From: a virus
Taxonomy: Duplodnaviria > Caudoviricetes
IMG/VR virus record: IMGVR_UViG_3300031088_000008
Span: 224,001 to 288,000 of that record
Strand: one strand, 5' to 3'
DNA length: 64,000 nt
The notes under the pieces are model-generated. The model searched no databases, had not been told where the DNA came from, and worked only from the letters and a program-made list of their open reading frames with translations. The position numbers were made by a program, and so were the translations under genes. This document shows, piece after piece, positions 38,808 to 48,835 of the stretch; the stretch's first letter is position 1; each line of letters starts with the position of its first letter.

Positions 38808-39169
38808 CCTACGGACTCAGACGCTTCGAGGAATACGCCCTGGAGCCCGCAGAGGGCATGGCCCGCCTACACTGCGAGTGGACATCAGAGGCAAGCGGGT
38901 TGGAGATCTACGTTCGGCGGTCGATCCGCTGGAAGGGTGTGATCACACTAGCAAACATCACGCTTCCTCGCCACCTTCAGCAGCAGGGAATATTCACGCG
39001 CTTTTGTGAAGACTGGAAGCCCCGTCTTCCACTGTTCATTGAGCACGTGGGCAATCCTGATCTGGATCGTTGGCTCAATCGAACGGGCTGGTACCTCTAC
39101 GATCTGGATGGCCACAACGGCTATTACAATGATCTAGCCAGCGCAATCATTGATCGGCGTTTCAAATAA
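38804..39169 (+). CDS. GNAT-like acetyltransferase
   Basis: LANITLPRHLQQQGIF (acetyl-CoA motif A-like); VGNP.L..WL.R.GW. Confidence 0.45.
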   Translation: MTYGLRRFEEYALEPAEGMARLHCEWTSEASGLEIYVRRSIRWKGVITLANITLPRHLQQQGIFTRFCEDWKPRLPLFIEHVGNPDLDRWLNRTGWYLYDLDGHNGYYNDLASAIIDRRFK

Positions 39170-39227
39170 AAGGTTGAACTCTCACCAGTGTTCGCTATTT
39201 AGAAGTGATACTGGTTGGAGATTGAAC

Positions 39228-39410
39228 ATGAAGCGTACCCCAATATGGCTGCTACCGATTGGCTTTAATGCCAACGAGGTCGAGGGGCGTGAAGCGTTCG
39301 AAGCTGGTGAGGACGTTGACTTTCACCCATATGGTGACAGTGCAGCGGCCAAGGATTTTCAGAGGGGTTGGCGTCAGGCCGAACTCCGGAGCAAGGAGGC
39401 AAAGAAGTGA
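39228..39410 (+). CDS. Ribosome modulation factor (Rmf)-like small protein
   Basis: GREAFEAG.....HPY........FQRGWRQA matches the G..A...G.....PY...W..GW..A pattern. Confidence 0.55.
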   Translation: MKRTPIWLLPIGFNANEVEGREAFEAGEDVDFHPYGDSAAAKDFQRGWRQAELRSKEAKK

Positions 39411-40377
39411 TTCAGACCTACAATCCGTGCGAGCAGAATGATCCACGGTTCCAGGACGTTCGCGACAAGCATCTGGGCGTTGACATCATGTTCGTCAGCG
39501 GTATCTCTGGCTGGTCGTGGTCGGCCAAGCTGCCCAACGGCGATCAGCTCAGCGATGACTGCTTTCTGAGCCCCGAGGGTGCGATCGACAACTGCATCCT
39601 GGTTCTCTCCAACGATCCCCAGTGGCGTCCCGATCCGTTCGCCAGCAAGCCGGTGACCAGCCGGACCGACCTCGACGACTACTTGAAGCGGTGGACCGAA
39701 GAACACGGTTGACACTGGGCCAGTTCCTGTTAGGAGATCGAGCATGACGTTAAAGATCGCAAACTCGGCAATCAGCGAGACCCATCGGTTCACGGTGGGT
39801 ACCAGCAACCACGATGGCTATATGTACCTCCAGGTCGAGGACATGACCACACGGGAAGTGAGCTCCATAAAGCTGGACGATGAAAGTCGTTCCTGTCTTC
39901 GGAAGGTGCTCGGCCCCACGGAAAACTGGACTGGTATTTTCTGATGGGCAAGGCCATTCTTCTCCTCTTTGCGATCATGCAGGGCATCGCTATCGCACTG
40001 GGAATGATCAACGCCGGTGATTGGAACATCGGTCACTGGGACGAGGGAACCCGCAACGCGGTCGCTACCTTCCCAGCGACGATCATCATCTTCCTCATCC
40101 TCCTGTATTTTTCGGGAACCAAAGACGAGAAGGGAAAGTAAATGGCCTTGACTGCTGATGAGCGCGAGGAACTCACCAACCTGTACGCGCAGATGAAGGC
40201 AGGCGGAAAGGAGTGGAACCCCACCCCGGAAGCCAAGATCGAAAGCAACCAGCGCCTCGATGAAGCACTGTGGGCGGCGATGTGTCATCGGACTGGTCGC
40301 TGCGGTCTTGGTGTCGACCAGGCCTATCCGGAAACGCCACAGGCTCGCGTCTATCAACTCATGATGAAGGCACTGGG

Positions 40378-40794
40378 ATGAATATTGGAAAGTCGATCGG
40401 CATCGGCATAATGGTCGGCTGCGTGGCCGCTTGGGGTTATATCATTACCCCCGAGTACGTTCTGTTTCCCGACCGCGAAGCGCCCATGCGTTATTACTAT
40501 GACGCCAAGCGGGTCTTCAACGAAACGGAAACCAAGGAGTATGGTGACGGCGAGTCCTATACCCAGACCTACACGGGCGCTTGCCCCGACCTGAGCCTGA
40601 TGACGGCCAAGGCGCTGGGCGACAAAAAGCTCACGATCCGGGAAGTCCACGACCTGGGCAAGGAATCGCTCCGGCTGTTCAACACCGCCGAGGAAGTCAG
40701 TCGCCGCAACGAGGCTCTCAAGGCTGCTGGCCAGAAGATCACGGATAGCAATATCCAGTGTGAGCATGGTGATGAGCTCTTCCAAAACCTATAA
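40378..40794 (+). CDS. Membrane-anchored hypothetical protein
   Basis: N-terminal TM; ATGA overlap. Confidence 0.65.
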   Translation: MNIGKSIGIGIMVGCVAAWGYIITPEYVLFPDREAPMRYYYDAKRVFNETETKEYGDGESYTQTYTGACPDLSLMTAKALGDKKLTIREVHDLGKESLRLFNTAEEVSRRNEALKAAGQKITDSNIQCEHGDELFQNL

Positions 40795-40835
40795 AGCTGG
40801 TTGACTGGTCTCCAGACTGGTGCAAAGTGGGTGGC

Positions 40836-42551
40836 ATGACGGACACTTATTCATGCGGCATAACAGCCCACCGACCGGAAGCGGATCTTTATAATCTGCT
40901 GGGACTTCATCGCGTAGCAACGCGGGAAGAGATCGAAGAAGCTGGTTCAGGCAAGGTGCTAACAGACGATCAGCGGTACGCTTGGAAAGCACTCAGCGAT
41001 CCCACGTACCGTGAGGTCTATGACTTCCGCCACAATACCAAGGACCTGTTCAACGCAGGGTTCTTTGACGACGGGCTCCCCAAGTTGGTTGAGCAATATG
41101 GAACCTACAATCCAACGTTTCAGACCACGTCGCTTCAGAAGGTTCGCAACAACCTGATCAAGCTGATCGGCGGAAACAACGGTGGTCGTCGAGCAGTCCT
41201 GATCACAACTGGCGGAATGGCTCCCATCCACAACGGGCACATCGCAATGATGGAGCGCGCTCGTGAGATCGTTGAGGGCCAGGGCTTTCAAGTAATGGGT
41301 GGCTTCTTTGCCCCAGGACATGACAGCTACGTTAGCCAAAAGTACAACGGAACGGCTGGTATTTCGGCCGTCCATCGTATTGCAATGGTGGAGCTCGCAA
41401 CACAGGACAGTGATTGGCTTGAGGTCGATCCCTGGGCAGCCCGCTACATGCCGGCCGAGGTCAACTTCACGGCGATCGCTCGCCGGATGGAAGCATACTT
41501 GTCCCAGAACTTGGGACAGATCTTTGATGTCTTTTACGTCTACGGCTCCGACAACAGCGGCTTCCAGGAAACTGGCATTCCAAGCGTACAGGTAACGCGA
41601 AGCGAAGTGTCGAGCAAGCTGGTACGCGAGGGTGAGCATCACCACTTGAACCCCCGGGTTGCCAAGTATTTCCAGGAGTATAAGAACCGGGACACGGGAA
41701 ATCTTCCTTACTTGATCCGCAACGAGGAAGACGAGGCAATCGTTGGCTGGGCAAATAGGATGCCGGGCGGTCGTGAGGAGCTCACAAAGCGTCGGGTGCA
41801 GCTTCAGAGCGCGATTCGACTTGCAATCGCACACTTGTTCAAGGGTGCAGGTGGCAATCACAAAGTCCATCTCCTGCCGGTAAGTGAGCAGAAGGAAAAG
41901 GCCACCTGGCTGATCGGTGATCGGAAGGTGATCAGCCTAGATCCATTCTTCCATTACCATGGCGTACACCACCTGGACAGCACTCGCTACTTCAGTCAGA
42001 GCAGCTCACAGTTCTCGGCATTGTTCCGCGATACGCGCTTTGGCTTCGACAGCTTGCAGGAACAGGCAGACAGCATCCCGGACGGCGATTACGTGCTGGT
42101 CGAAGATGACAGCGTGACTGGCGAGACCATCAACAGCGCACGGATGAGACTGGGCGATCGCATCAACATCACGGATGTGATCCTTCTCTCGGACTTTGCA
42201 GACTACAAGGACGACGCCTACTATGATGTGGTGGACCTGAGGGACTTTATCGTTGGAAGTCACATGGGTGGGCTTTCCGTTGTGCTCAATGGTGGTCAAC
42301 GAGGCCGCGCACCATATGCGCTTCCCTACGTGAGCCTTCGCAGTCGGGCAAAGATTCCGCCCTCGGCCGAAATGGAACTCAGCCGTGTGATCTGGCAGGC
42401 CAACGTCCGCTTCTTCACCGACAGCGGGATCCTGATCCGAGATGCCTCGCTGGACTTGCAGGAACTGGCCAACAGCATTGGCTGGGGCAAAGATGGTACC
42501 ATGGAGGACTTTTGCCGCTGGCACGTCGACGCTTTGTTGGACGTGGTGTAA
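40836..42551 (+). CDS. Fusion: J-domain-like + nicotinate/nicotinamide-nucleotide adenylyltransferase + type I PRTase-like domain
   Basis: DLYNLLGL...AT.EEI...AW..LSDP..R..YD (J-like, no HPD); TGGMAPIHNGH...RIAMVELA...WL.VD.W...YVYGSD (NadD/NMNAT); YVLVEDDSVTGET (PRPP loop). Confidence 0.75.
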   Translation: MTDTYSCGITAHRPEADLYNLLGLHRVATREEIEEAGSGKVLTDDQRYAWKALSDPTYREVYDFRHNTKDLFNAGFFDDGLPKLVEQYGTYNPTFQTTSLQKVRNNLIKLIGGNNGGRRAVLITTGGMAPIHNGHIAMMERAREIVEGQGFQVMGGFFAPGHDSYVSQKYNGTAGISAVHRIAMVELATQDSDWLEVDPWAARYMPAEVNFTAIARRMEAYLSQNLGQIFDVFYVYGSDNSGFQETGIPSVQVTRSEVSSKLVREGEHHHLNPRVAKYFQEYKNRDTGNLPYLIRNEEDEAIVGWANRMPGGREELTKRRVQLQSAIRLAIAHLFKGAGGNHKVHLLPVSEQKEKATWLIGDRKVISLDPFFHYHGVHHLDSTRYFSQSSSQFSALFRDTRFGFDSLQEQADSIPDGDYVLVEDDSVTGETINSARMRLGDRINITDVILLSDFADYKDDAYYDVVDLRDFIVGSHMGGLSVVLNGGQRGRAPYALPYVSLRSRAKIPPSAEMELSRVIWQANVRFFTDSGILIRDASLDLQELANSIGWGKDGTMEDFCRWHVDALLDVV

Positions 42552-42621
42552 AAACCTGGTTGACGTGTTCCTGTTTGGTGCTAAATCTGGTACATAGGAA
42601 ACGCACACAGGAGTTGGTCAC

Positions 42622-43020
42622 ATGGCGCTGGTTCGGATCAAGGAAGACAAAACGCAGGCTCGCCACTATCCACGCAACGAGCGCGGTGGTCGCGGTTCGT
42701 ATGCAATGCGTCGCTATCACAGCAACAGCAAGGTGTACGTTTTCGAAGACGGTGAGTCGATCATCGAGAACCTGATGGAGCGCCGCCAGCGTCCCAGCGC
42801 ACGTTACAAGGCCATCGTCCTCGAGCAGCATCCGGAGCTCGAAGGCAAGATCCGGTGGTCGCAGAAGGCCGGCTGCTCGTGCGGTTGCAGCCCCGGCTTC
42901 CTGGTCGATCACACTGTCCGCAAGGATGGTTCGCCGGCCGACATTTTCATCACGATCACGACGAAGCCGCCCGAGCCCATCGTTGATATGAGCTACGTGG
43001 AAATGGCACTGGCCGCCTAA
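42622..43020 (+). CDS. Hypothetical protein ending in ALAA
   Basis: Cassette promoter; WSQKAGCSCGCSPGF motif. Confidence 0.75.
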   Translation: MALVRIKEDKTQARHYPRNERGGRGSYAMRRYHSNSKVYVFEDGESIIENLMERRQRPSARYKAIVLEQHPELEGKIRWSQKAGCSCGCSPGFLVDHTVRKDGSPADIFITITTKPPEPIVDMSYVEMALAA

Positions 43021-43088
43021 AAAGAGGTTGCGGTGTACCAGAGTGGTGCTAACTCTGGTACATCGGAAACGCAGATCGGAGATTGAAC

Positions 43089-43430
43089 ATGGACGCACAG
43101 GCACTCCACACGGAAGCAACCACGGCAGCCCAGAAGGCAGTCGACGACCTGATCGCCAAGTATGGCGAGTCCAGCAATATGTTCGGATGCTGCGGCTTTG
43201 CATGGGTGAAGATTCGCCCGGCGCGTGGCCCGTTCGTCAAGTTCCTGAAGGCCAACAACCTGGGCGACAAGAGCTACAACGGTGGCTACGAGGTTCGCCC
43301 CGAGGTAACGTATCCAGCGGGTTGCGTGGCCTGGCAGTCGATCGAGGTTCGCGAGGCAGGGTGTCGCGCATACGCGAAGGTCCTGAAGGACGCGGGCATC
43401 AACGCTTTCCTGCAGAGCATGGTTGACTAA
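43089..43430 (+). CDS. Hypothetical phage protein
   Basis: CGFAWV...QS...EA...AYA.VL...GI pattern; cassette promoter. Confidence 0.75.
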   Translation: MDAQALHTEATTAAQKAVDDLIAKYGESSNMFGCCGFAWVKIRPARGPFVKFLKANNLGDKSYNGGYEVRPEVTYPAGCVAWQSIEVREAGCRAYAKVLKDAGINAFLQSMVD

Positions 43431-43479
43431 CAGGAAAAGCCTGCTAGTCCTGGTTTATCGGAACAAAAGGAGATCGAGT

Positions 43480-44046
43480 GTGAAGATTCGTTACAATGGC
43501 CAAGACCTCGATCTCCACTACAATGAGAACGGTGGCATGTTCTATGTCACGGACCAGGATGGTGAGGTGGTCGATTGGCTTTGCGGCCGCCACGAAAAGA
43601 TCAGCTTCAACCAGTGCTGGCTCGATCGTCGATGCCTCGCGCAGTTTTCCGTTCGAGGCATCGTCCGGATGCGGGAACCCATGCAGGTTGCCGACGACCC
43701 CACGATGATGCAGGGTGTCGTGCTTTGCGATATCATCCACGACGAGTTCCACGATGACGGCTACAGCCCATTCGGGGACTTCTCGCGCAGCGTTCTCGGC
43801 CAACAGTGCCAGTATGGTTCGCGCTACATCGACGGACGCCTTGAGGGCTATCCTGCACTCGGCGAGGGACTCCGCTTCAACAATGGAAAGCCCTGGGGCA
43901 AAGTCCGTCCCCTGGACGCGTCGGACTATCATGCAGTTCGAATCCATCGCGAGGACATGGGCGAGTTCAAGCGTCGCTATGATGAGCACCGGGATCGGGT
44001 CGTCAACGACGTCAAGACCATTTTCGCCAAACCCAACTTTGATTAA
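43480..44046 (+). CDS. Hypothetical protein
   Basis: Cassette promoter and RBS. Confidence 0.7.
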   Translation: MKIRYNGQDLDLHYNENGGMFYVTDQDGEVVDWLCGRHEKISFNQCWLDRRCLAQFSVRGIVRMREPMQVADDPTMMQGVVLCDIIHDEFHDDGYSPFGDFSRSVLGQQCQYGSRYIDGRLEGYPALGEGLRFNNGKPWGKVRPLDASDYHAVRIHREDMGEFKRRYDEHRDRVVNDVKTIFAKPNFD

Positions 44047-44057
44047 GGAGAGATCGA

Positions 44058-44570
44058 ATGGCAAAGCAACGCCTCTGGCAGATGACCCTGGCCCAGTATG
44101 AAAAGCATCGCGAGAAGCAGTGGCAGCGATCGCTCCGCAAGTCGGGCATGACCTCGTCCAGCTATCGTGACAAGCGTCCTCGTCGCACGGCCAGTCTCTG
44201 GGGTCGGCCCGATCTGGTCCGGAATCCCACGTCGGCCTTCTTTTATCTGCTCGACAACGTGGCCGGCGCCAACGGCGGAAAGCTGCTCAGCGACTTCGGT
44301 GCGCGTGGCAAGTATTTCTGGCATGAGCGCAACCGTGACCGCGATCAGGCCTACTATCTGGTGCGAAAGCGCGGCGACTACATCGTCGTTACGCGGACTC
44401 GCTGGGTCGTGGAGGGCCAGGGCGTCAACACGTTCCTCGGCAGCATAGCGGGCTTCAAAGAGGAGCCCAAGCCGGTCCGTGAAGTGATCCTGAAGCATCC
44501 CATCATGCAGGTCAAGACGTTCCGGGATGCCTACAAGGCCGTGGCCCCTGATTTAGACTGGGACGATTAA
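44058..44570 (+). CDS. Basic hypothetical protein
   Basis: AAGGAG RBS. Confidence 0.7.
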   Translation: MAKQRLWQMTLAQYEKHREKQWQRSLRKSGMTSSSYRDKRPRRTASLWGRPDLVRNPTSAFFYLLDNVAGANGGKLLSDFGARGKYFWHERNRDRDQAYYLVRKRGDYIVVTRTRWVVEGQGVNTFLGSIAGFKEEPKPVREVILKHPIMQVKTFRDAYKAVAPDLDWDD

Positions 44571-44644
44571 ACCTGGTTGACAACTGGGTTCCTGGTGTTA
44601 AATCCAGAACATCGGCGCTGTTGCCGGGCAGAGGAGTGAATCAA

Positions 44645-45061
44645 ATGGGTCTTCAGTTCAACGACAACGGCGTCACCCGCACCCTCACCCTGGCCGACAT
44701 GGCCACGATGACCTTTCAGGAGGCCTACAGCGATCTCTACAAGGGGATCAACGGCTTCCGCCCCCGCGGCCACAGTGTGGAGTCCATGCTCCACTTCTTC
44801 GACACCTACGAGGAGCAGTTCGCGCAGTCCGAGAAGGAAGAGGCAGCAGCCCGCGCCAATCGCCTCGCTTACTTGAACCAGAAGCATGGTCAGGTCTTTG
44901 AAACCCTGACGATCGCCGAGCGCTTCAACGAGCAGGCGGCGTACAACCGCTTCATGGCCAAGATGGAGGCCGAGAGCGAGGCCGAGGCCGTCAAGGCGGA
45001 GTTCAAGCGCCGCTTTAGCCCGGCGCCCGTCATTGACGCATGGGAGCATGGAGCGATTTGA
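44645..45061 (+). CDS. Hypothetical protein
   Basis: YSDLYK.INGFRPR motif; cassette promoter. Confidence 0.7.
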   Translation: MGLQFNDNGVTRTLTLADMATMTFQEAYSDLYKGINGFRPRGHSVESMLHFFDTYEEQFAQSEKEEAAARANRLAYLNQKHGQVFETLTIAERFNEQAAYNRFMAKMEAESEAEAVKAEFKRRFSPAPVIDAWEHGAI

Positions 45062-45336
45062 GCCAGCCCAAAAACTTTGGTCCCCTTCACGAGCTCCTGG
45101 GAGGAAAGCCGGAGAACAACCCAGCTCAAAAGATGGGCTGGCATCGGGTCGTCATTCACCACACGGCTGGTGGAAAGGCAGGACGTTGGGCAACCGACGT
45201 CTTGACCTGCGAGTGGACGTTCTATACGGCCTGGCATGTTGGGTTCTTTATTGAGGATCGTGAGCAAGCCATGCTATTCAGGATGGCGTTCCTAGAGCAT
45301 GTTGTGGAAAAAGATGAGTCAGCCAAGTCCATTTAG
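45040..45336 (+). CDS. Paralog family B protein (A..F[KR]L-type C-terminal motif)
   Basis: FFIEDREQAMLFRMAF. Confidence 0.6.
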   Translation: MGAWSDLSQPKNFGPLHELLGGKPENNPAQKMGWHRVVIHHTAGGKAGRWATDVLTCEWTFYTAWHVGFFIEDREQAMLFRMAFLEHVVEKDESAKSI

Positions 45337-45595
45337 TCTAAAGTGCTTGGAGTGGCATGTCTTCCACGTACCGATCCCCACACAATACAGACGAAAGCGG
45401 GATGGTCGGGTTGTCAGAGTCTCGGACGAGAAGCATGACATCTTGGAGTGGTGCGACGATACGCTCCAGGGCAACTGGACATGGGGTGCAAACCAGGGAG
45501 GCAGTGTCCGGCCCTTTTATATACAGGACGCCAGTGATGCCATGCTGTTCAAGCTGACTTGGTTTGATCGGACTCAAAAGCCAGTCTTCCGTTGA
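45314..45595 (+). CDS. Paralog family B protein
   Basis: EWC...FYIQDASDAMLFKLTW. Confidence 0.7.
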   Translation: MSQPSPFSLKCLEWHVFHVPIPTQYRRKRDGRVVRVSDEKHDILEWCDDTLQGNWTWGANQGGSVRPFYIQDASDAMLFKLTWFDRTQKPVFR

Positions 45596-45845
45596 TTGGT
45601 TGACATGCTGCGAACTGGTGTTACTCAGAACATATGAGCATTACAATCACTTTGATGAACCTCGTCCACGGCATCACCGGTGTTCTACTGACTGGACTCA
45701 CGGCTATTGTGTTCGTGCTGTTTATCTGGTGGTCCGATGGTGTTCCCAAAAATATGCGTTGGAAGCCCCGACAGTTTATCCCAGTGTGGTCGCTGGGCCT
45801 TTTGGTCGTGGTGTTGTGGCCCCTCTGGATCATGTGGAGTCTCTG

Positions 45846-46508
45846 ATGGGAAGTCATCTTCCAGGTCTGCGGAACTTGCCAGTACCCGACATGTTCGTGG
45901 AGTTCGCGCACATCTATGCCGACGAGGTGTTTGGCGATGAGCAGCACCAAAGCCTGGATGTCATGAAGGACTATCTGGACAAGAACAGTGATCCCTCGGG
46001 TCTGGTCGTCAGTGCCATCCTGATCGACGAGCTGCATGTCAAAGCCAATACGCTGGACGTCACGGAGTTTATCCGCTGCATTCTGCGGCGTGGCCTTGCT
46101 CCTGACTTCGTGGTCTTTGAGGGCAAGATGGCGCCCGTGGCCGACCTGATCATAAGTCAGCTTCCACAGAAGTATCTTAGCTGGCAGACCATTCGAAAGG
46201 AAAACAAAAAGGTCCTGATGTTTGAGACGCCGATGGGTGATCGTATTGGGCTCAAGAACGTGTGGGATGATCGGGAGGAGCATACCTGCGCGCTGCTCAG
46301 TGCCGCGTGGTCTCTATGTCGTGCTGGCGTTGTACCGTTCCCCGATGATGCAATCGTGCGCTTGACTGAGGCTCCCACTACAGGTCTAAAGGTTGTGAGC
46401 GTCCTTCATAGCAAGTACAAGGGCGTTGAAGAAAAGGTCATCAAGCTGATTCGTGCTGCTGGCCATGAAGACCTCGTTCGTCGCTTTGAACTGGTATTTT
46501 TCGGTTGA
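45846..46508 (+). CDS. Hypothetical protein
   Basis: TGATG coupling to the 2-TM ORF 45634-45846. Confidence 0.7.
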   Translation: MGSHLPGLRNLPVPDMFVEFAHIYADEVFGDEQHQSLDVMKDYLDKNSDPSGLVVSAILIDELHVKANTLDVTEFIRCILRRGLAPDFVVFEGKMAPVADLIISQLPQKYLSWQTIRKENKKVLMFETPMGDRIGLKNVWDDREEHTCALLSAAWSLCRAGVVPFPDDAIVRLTEAPTTGLKVVSVLHSKYKGVEEKVIKLIRAAGHEDLVRRFELVFFG

Positions 46509-46562
46509 ACACTGGAAACCAGGTTATAAAGTGGGTGAATAGAGGGCAGTAGGAGTTCAACG

Positions 46563-47810
46563 GTGTCGCATATTGATGCAGGAGAAACGGTCAGGGCAGT
46601 GCGCTACCAGAACACCTGGTTGCAGATGGCCGATCTTGGCCTCTCGGACTATCAGATCGACCTGATCCAAAATGCAGAAGGCGTCGCAGGAGCCTGGCCC
46701 GACAACGTTCGAAGCTACGTGATCCGCGCACATCTCTATGATCCTCGTGGCGAAGTTGAGTCCATGAAGAACATGAAGCGCCTCAACATCGTGAGCGTTC
46801 GTGAGGACGGTCGCTACTGGCTTACTGGCAAGGGTGAGCTGTACCGCAAGGCGCTGGTTGAGAATCTCCCAGAGGTCAAGGCCCCCAAGATCAACCTCCC
46901 CGTTGTGGTCGAGGATCAAATGGACATCAACCTGGGCCGCGATGGTCTGATGGTAACGGCCAGCAAGTTCTGGTACGTTTGGACGCATCGTGACGAGATC
47001 AGGGCCGCACGGGACAAGAAGTGGCTTGAGGGCTTTCAGAATGGTCAAAAGGAGATCGATGAAGCGATCACCAAGATCCTGGAGCCCCGCGAACCAATCG
47101 TCCTAAAGCCGGAGCCCAAAGTCAACCCCTACTGGAGTGAAGCCCAGCAGCGTAAGAATAACGATCTGTATTGGATGACCCCGGATGCCTTCTGGCTTAA
47201 TCCTCGTGGCATCCTCGCTGAGCCCACGCCGGCTCCCGACTGGTGGACTGTTCCTGAGAACTATCAGCCCAAGGTCTATATTCCCCTCTCGACTGATGAG
47301 CTGGTCGATCAGAGCCTTCTGCCTCCGCCGACTGTTGGTCCTCAGGGTGTCACCGGCTTCCCAGGAATTCGGCAGGCAACAGCCGAGGAGATCGCGGCCA
47401 AGCATCGTCAGAAGAGTGCCGATATGGTCATTGACGAGATCCTCGCAGAGCTTGATCGTCTTGATGCCGAGCAGGTCCAGGAATATGCGGAGTACGAGTA
47501 CTCCATTGCAAAGAACTTTGATCACCACGATCTGGTCATGGTACAATATGGTGACGAGGTCGCTGGCTTCCCAACTGCACAGGAGGCCAACTTGTGGCTT
47601 GCGGCAAAGAAGCAAGCTGCTCGAATGGCTGAACAGCAGGCATACGTTGACGAAAATCGTCGCCAGCAAAAATTGGCGCAGGACCGCTTGCTCCAAGCTG
47701 CCAAGGCCAAGGTTCGCGGACAGAACAACTTCACGGACAATCGCGGCTACGAATATAGCAGCTACAGCGGGAGCAGCTATGACAGCGGTGGTTCGAGCAG
47801 CGACTGGTAA
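46563..47810 (+). CDS. Hypothetical protein with S/G/Y-rich tail
   Basis: 415 aa; ends YSGSSYDSGGSSSDW. Confidence 0.75.
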   Translation: MSHIDAGETVRAVRYQNTWLQMADLGLSDYQIDLIQNAEGVAGAWPDNVRSYVIRAHLYDPRGEVESMKNMKRLNIVSVREDGRYWLTGKGELYRKALVENLPEVKAPKINLPVVVEDQMDINLGRDGLMVTASKFWYVWTHRDEIRAARDKKWLEGFQNGQKEIDEAITKILEPREPIVLKPEPKVNPYWSEAQQRKNNDLYWMTPDAFWLNPRGILAEPTPAPDWWTVPENYQPKVYIPLSTDELVDQSLLPPPTVGPQGVTGFPGIRQATAEEIAAKHRQKSADMVIDEILAELDRLDAEQVQEYAEYEYSIAKNFDHHDLVMVQYGDEVAGFPTAQEANLWLAAKKQAARMAEQQAYVDENRRQQKLAQDRLLQAAKAKVRGQNNFTDNRGYEYSSYSGSSYDSGGSSSDW

Positions 47811-47873
47811 AAAGCGGTTGACGCGCTGCCTATTGGTGCTAACTCTGGTTTATAGGCAAACAGGAGATAGACG

Positions 47874-48233
47874 ATGGACATCGACGAAATGAAGGTTTAT
47901 GCTGCTGAGCACGTTCTCAACGAGCTTTGCGCGCCCAGCCAGGGCAGCATCTATCCCGGACTGGGCGGCATCGGTCGCTATCTCGTTCGCGCAACGGCCC
48001 AGAGCGCGCATGAGAACGCATCCCATCTGGGCAAGGTCGAGACTCCCGCTGGCGGTTTCGAAGCCATGCAGACCGCCGCTGTTCAGGACTTTGTTCTCGG
48101 CATCCTGGGAATGGGTGAGTTCATCGACGAGCGTGGGCTGACGGTTCATCATCGTACGCCAACACAGGCCGCTCAGGAACTGGTCAGCGCGGTCTGGCAC
48201 GCCTACATTGGATGGGCGCAGGCGGCCAAATAA
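47874..48233 (+). CDS. Hypothetical protein
   Basis: Cassette promoter and RBS. Confidence 0.7.
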   Translation: MDIDEMKVYAAEHVLNELCAPSQGSIYPGLGGIGRYLVRATAQSAHENASHLGKVETPAGGFEAMQTAAVQDFVLGILGMGEFIDERGLTVHHRTPTQAAQELVSAVWHAYIGWAQAAK

Positions 48234-48321
48234 CCGCAACATTCTCAATCCGCTAAGTACAACAGTTATTGATTGTTGAGCGGAGTTGTACCATAATGGG
48301 TTAACTCCTAGGGGATTGAGA

Positions 48322-48768
48322 ATGGACGACCTAACCAGTATTGCGGCTGGGCTCCAGCAGCTTGCCGCCAAAGCAGAAACAAAGAAGCCCAACACGGGCA
48401 CCGAAAACGTCATGATCGTTGATGACGAGCCCATGATCCTTGAGTTCGCAATGGACGTTCTCGAGGATTATGGCTATACGGTCAAGGGCGCCCTAAACGC
48501 CAATGAGGCTATCCAAAAGCTGGTCGGCGGTTTCAAGCCTGCTATCATGTGCTGCGACATTGTGTTGCCGGGTGGTATGAATGGCGTGGAACTTGCGCGG
48601 AAAGTCATGGAAGTGATGCCGGACGTCAAGATCCTGCTTTGCAGCGGATACGGAGCAGGCATGCTCGACGGCAGCAAAAACCAGGATGGCTTCAGCATGT
48701 TGGCTAAGCCCTATCAGGTTGAAGAGCTGGCACAGAGGGTGCGGAATATTCTCGACGGAAAAGAGTAA
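48322..48768 (+). CDS. Single-domain response regulator (receiver)
   Basis: VMIVDDE, phospho-Asp in CCDIVLPGGMNGVELA, SGY, KPY. Confidence 0.9.
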   Translation: MDDLTSIAAGLQQLAAKAETKKPNTGTENVMIVDDEPMILEFAMDVLEDYGYTVKGALNANEAIQKLVGGFKPAIMCCDIVLPGGMNGVELARKVMEVMPDVKILLCSGYGAGMLDGSKNQDGFSMLAKPYQVEELAQRVRNILDGKE

Positions 48769-48835
48769 ATCCTGGTTGACGTGCCAATCTCTCCTCTTTA
48801 TAGGAAGTATTGGAAACGCAGACAGGAGACACCAA

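Noticed and set aside
40836-41100. Active DnaJ co-chaperone domain
   Set aside because: J-like ends are present but the HPD loop and much of helices II-III are missing; kept only as J-like
5466-44608. CTG-N10-CAG in promoters as LexA/SOS boxes
   Set aside because: They lack the CTGT..ACAG consensus; alphaproteobacterial LexA uses GTTC-N7-GTTC, which I did not see in the cassettes; better explained by the -10 hairpins
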